From: a virus
Direction: 5' to 3' (one strand)
Length of the DNA: 41,770 nt
Virus record (IMG/VR): IMGVR_UViG_3300046485_000028
Coordinates: 1 to 41,770 of that record
Numbering within the stretch: position 1 is the stretch's first letter; each line of letters starts with the position of its first letter. Both the position numbers and the translations under genes were made by a program. Positions 41,644 through 41,770 of the stretch are shown here, one piece after another. The notes beneath the pieces are model-generated. The model saw nothing but the letters and a program-made list of their open reading frames with translations. It was not told the DNA's origin and did not search any database.

Positions 41644-41770
41644 TCCAGTGTGGTTCCGGAACCGCTCAGTTGTGTGTGTGGTTCCAGTACACCCCCTTTA
41701 TGGGGTACTGGCACCACTCAACATATTCCCAAAATAGAAGTGGAACCACTCGAAGAAGTACGTGCTGGTC
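41644..41770. repeat. Terminal exact direct repeat, copy 2 (identical to 1..127)
   Basis: Same comparison as copy 1; the window ends exactly at the end of the repeat. Confidence 0.97.

Larger units (their letters stand above)
41514..41770. promoter_or_regulatory. Iteron field, left part (GGTTCC/GGAACC cores); putative replication origin or packaging-recognition region
   Basis: Hexamer cores lie at 41514, 41622, 41635, 41641, 41652 and 41658. Palindromes GGAACCGGTTCC (41635..41646) and GGTTCCGGAACC (41652..41663) are present. Extended consensus is about GTGTGGTTCCAGT. The field sits in the gap between the primase-helicase and terminase genes. Confidence 0.6.

Noticed and set aside
41433-41770. 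An open reading frame starts at the ATG at 41433 (ATGA overlap with the primase-helicase stop), runs to the end of the window, and continues on the circular map as track ORF 27..410. It stops at the TGA at 408-410, directly before the terminase small subunit ATG. Total length is about 206 codons, exactly filling the gap.
   Set aside because: - The translation is rich in Trp, Arg, Ser, Gly and Cys, has almost no Asp, and uses many AGA, GGA, ACA, CAA, TTT and ATT codons, unlike the rest of the genome.
- The iterons cross it in mixed orientations and phases.
- I treat the region as non-coding regulatory DNA.
- Confidence in this rejection is moderate. The neat boundaries, and the precedent of lambda ori lying inside gene O, mean it deserves a homology search and ribosome-profiling check.
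1-41770. Prophage or temperate lifestyle, tRNA genes, toxin-antitoxin or known defence or anti-defence cassettes.
   Set aside because: - No integrase, excisionase, CI/Cro-like HTH repressor pair or att-like flanks were recognisable, and no cloverleaf-capable tRNA segment.
- The genome is a closed unit with its own polymerase, which favours a lytic phage.
- Because this comes from inspection by eye, absence is only weak evidence.

Overview
The window is one complete tailed-phage genome of about 41.6 kb, with high G+C and a long non-contractile tail (siphovirus-type). Bases 1..127 are identical to 41644..41770, so the unique unit is 41,643 bp and the contig closes on itself.

Layout:
- Rightward late arm (411..22834): terminase, a portal fused to a MuF-like domain, a protease-scaffold, the capsid, connectors, the tail tube, a G/GT frameshift chaperone, the tape measure, an RcGTA-like baseplate set (DUF2460, DUF2163/BR0599, NlpC/P60, giant host-specificity protein), a tail fibre, a GH108 endolysin and a 3-TM holin.
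- A bidirectional terminator at 22903..22929.
- Leftward early arm (38887 down to 22955): small early genes, a ParB-like protein, a DNA methyltransferase, a DUF2800 nuclease, a DUF2815 SSB, a family A DNA polymerase, VRR-NUC and an SNF2 helicase, followed by a tightly overlapping nucleotide/DNA-modification operon.
- A rightward primase-helicase gene (39277..41436).

No integrase, repressor, tRNA or CRISPR array was seen.

Most interesting points:
1. An operon at 23987..28438 that looks like a thymidine hypermodification pathway. It has a thymidylate-synthase-like hydroxymethylase, a P-loop kinase and an aGPT-pyrophosphorylase-like protein, plus an HD hydrolase, a DUF3310 protein and unknown ORFs.
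2. A 577-bp cassette carrying only the methyltransferase gene, bounded by terminal inverted repeats and an 8-bp direct duplication.
3. A dense GGTTCC/GGAACC iteron field in the roughly 620-bp gap between the primase-helicase and terminase genes.
4. Two 84%-identical promoter/operator blocks driving leftward units.

All functional calls come from motif recognition by eye and gene context. No database search was run.
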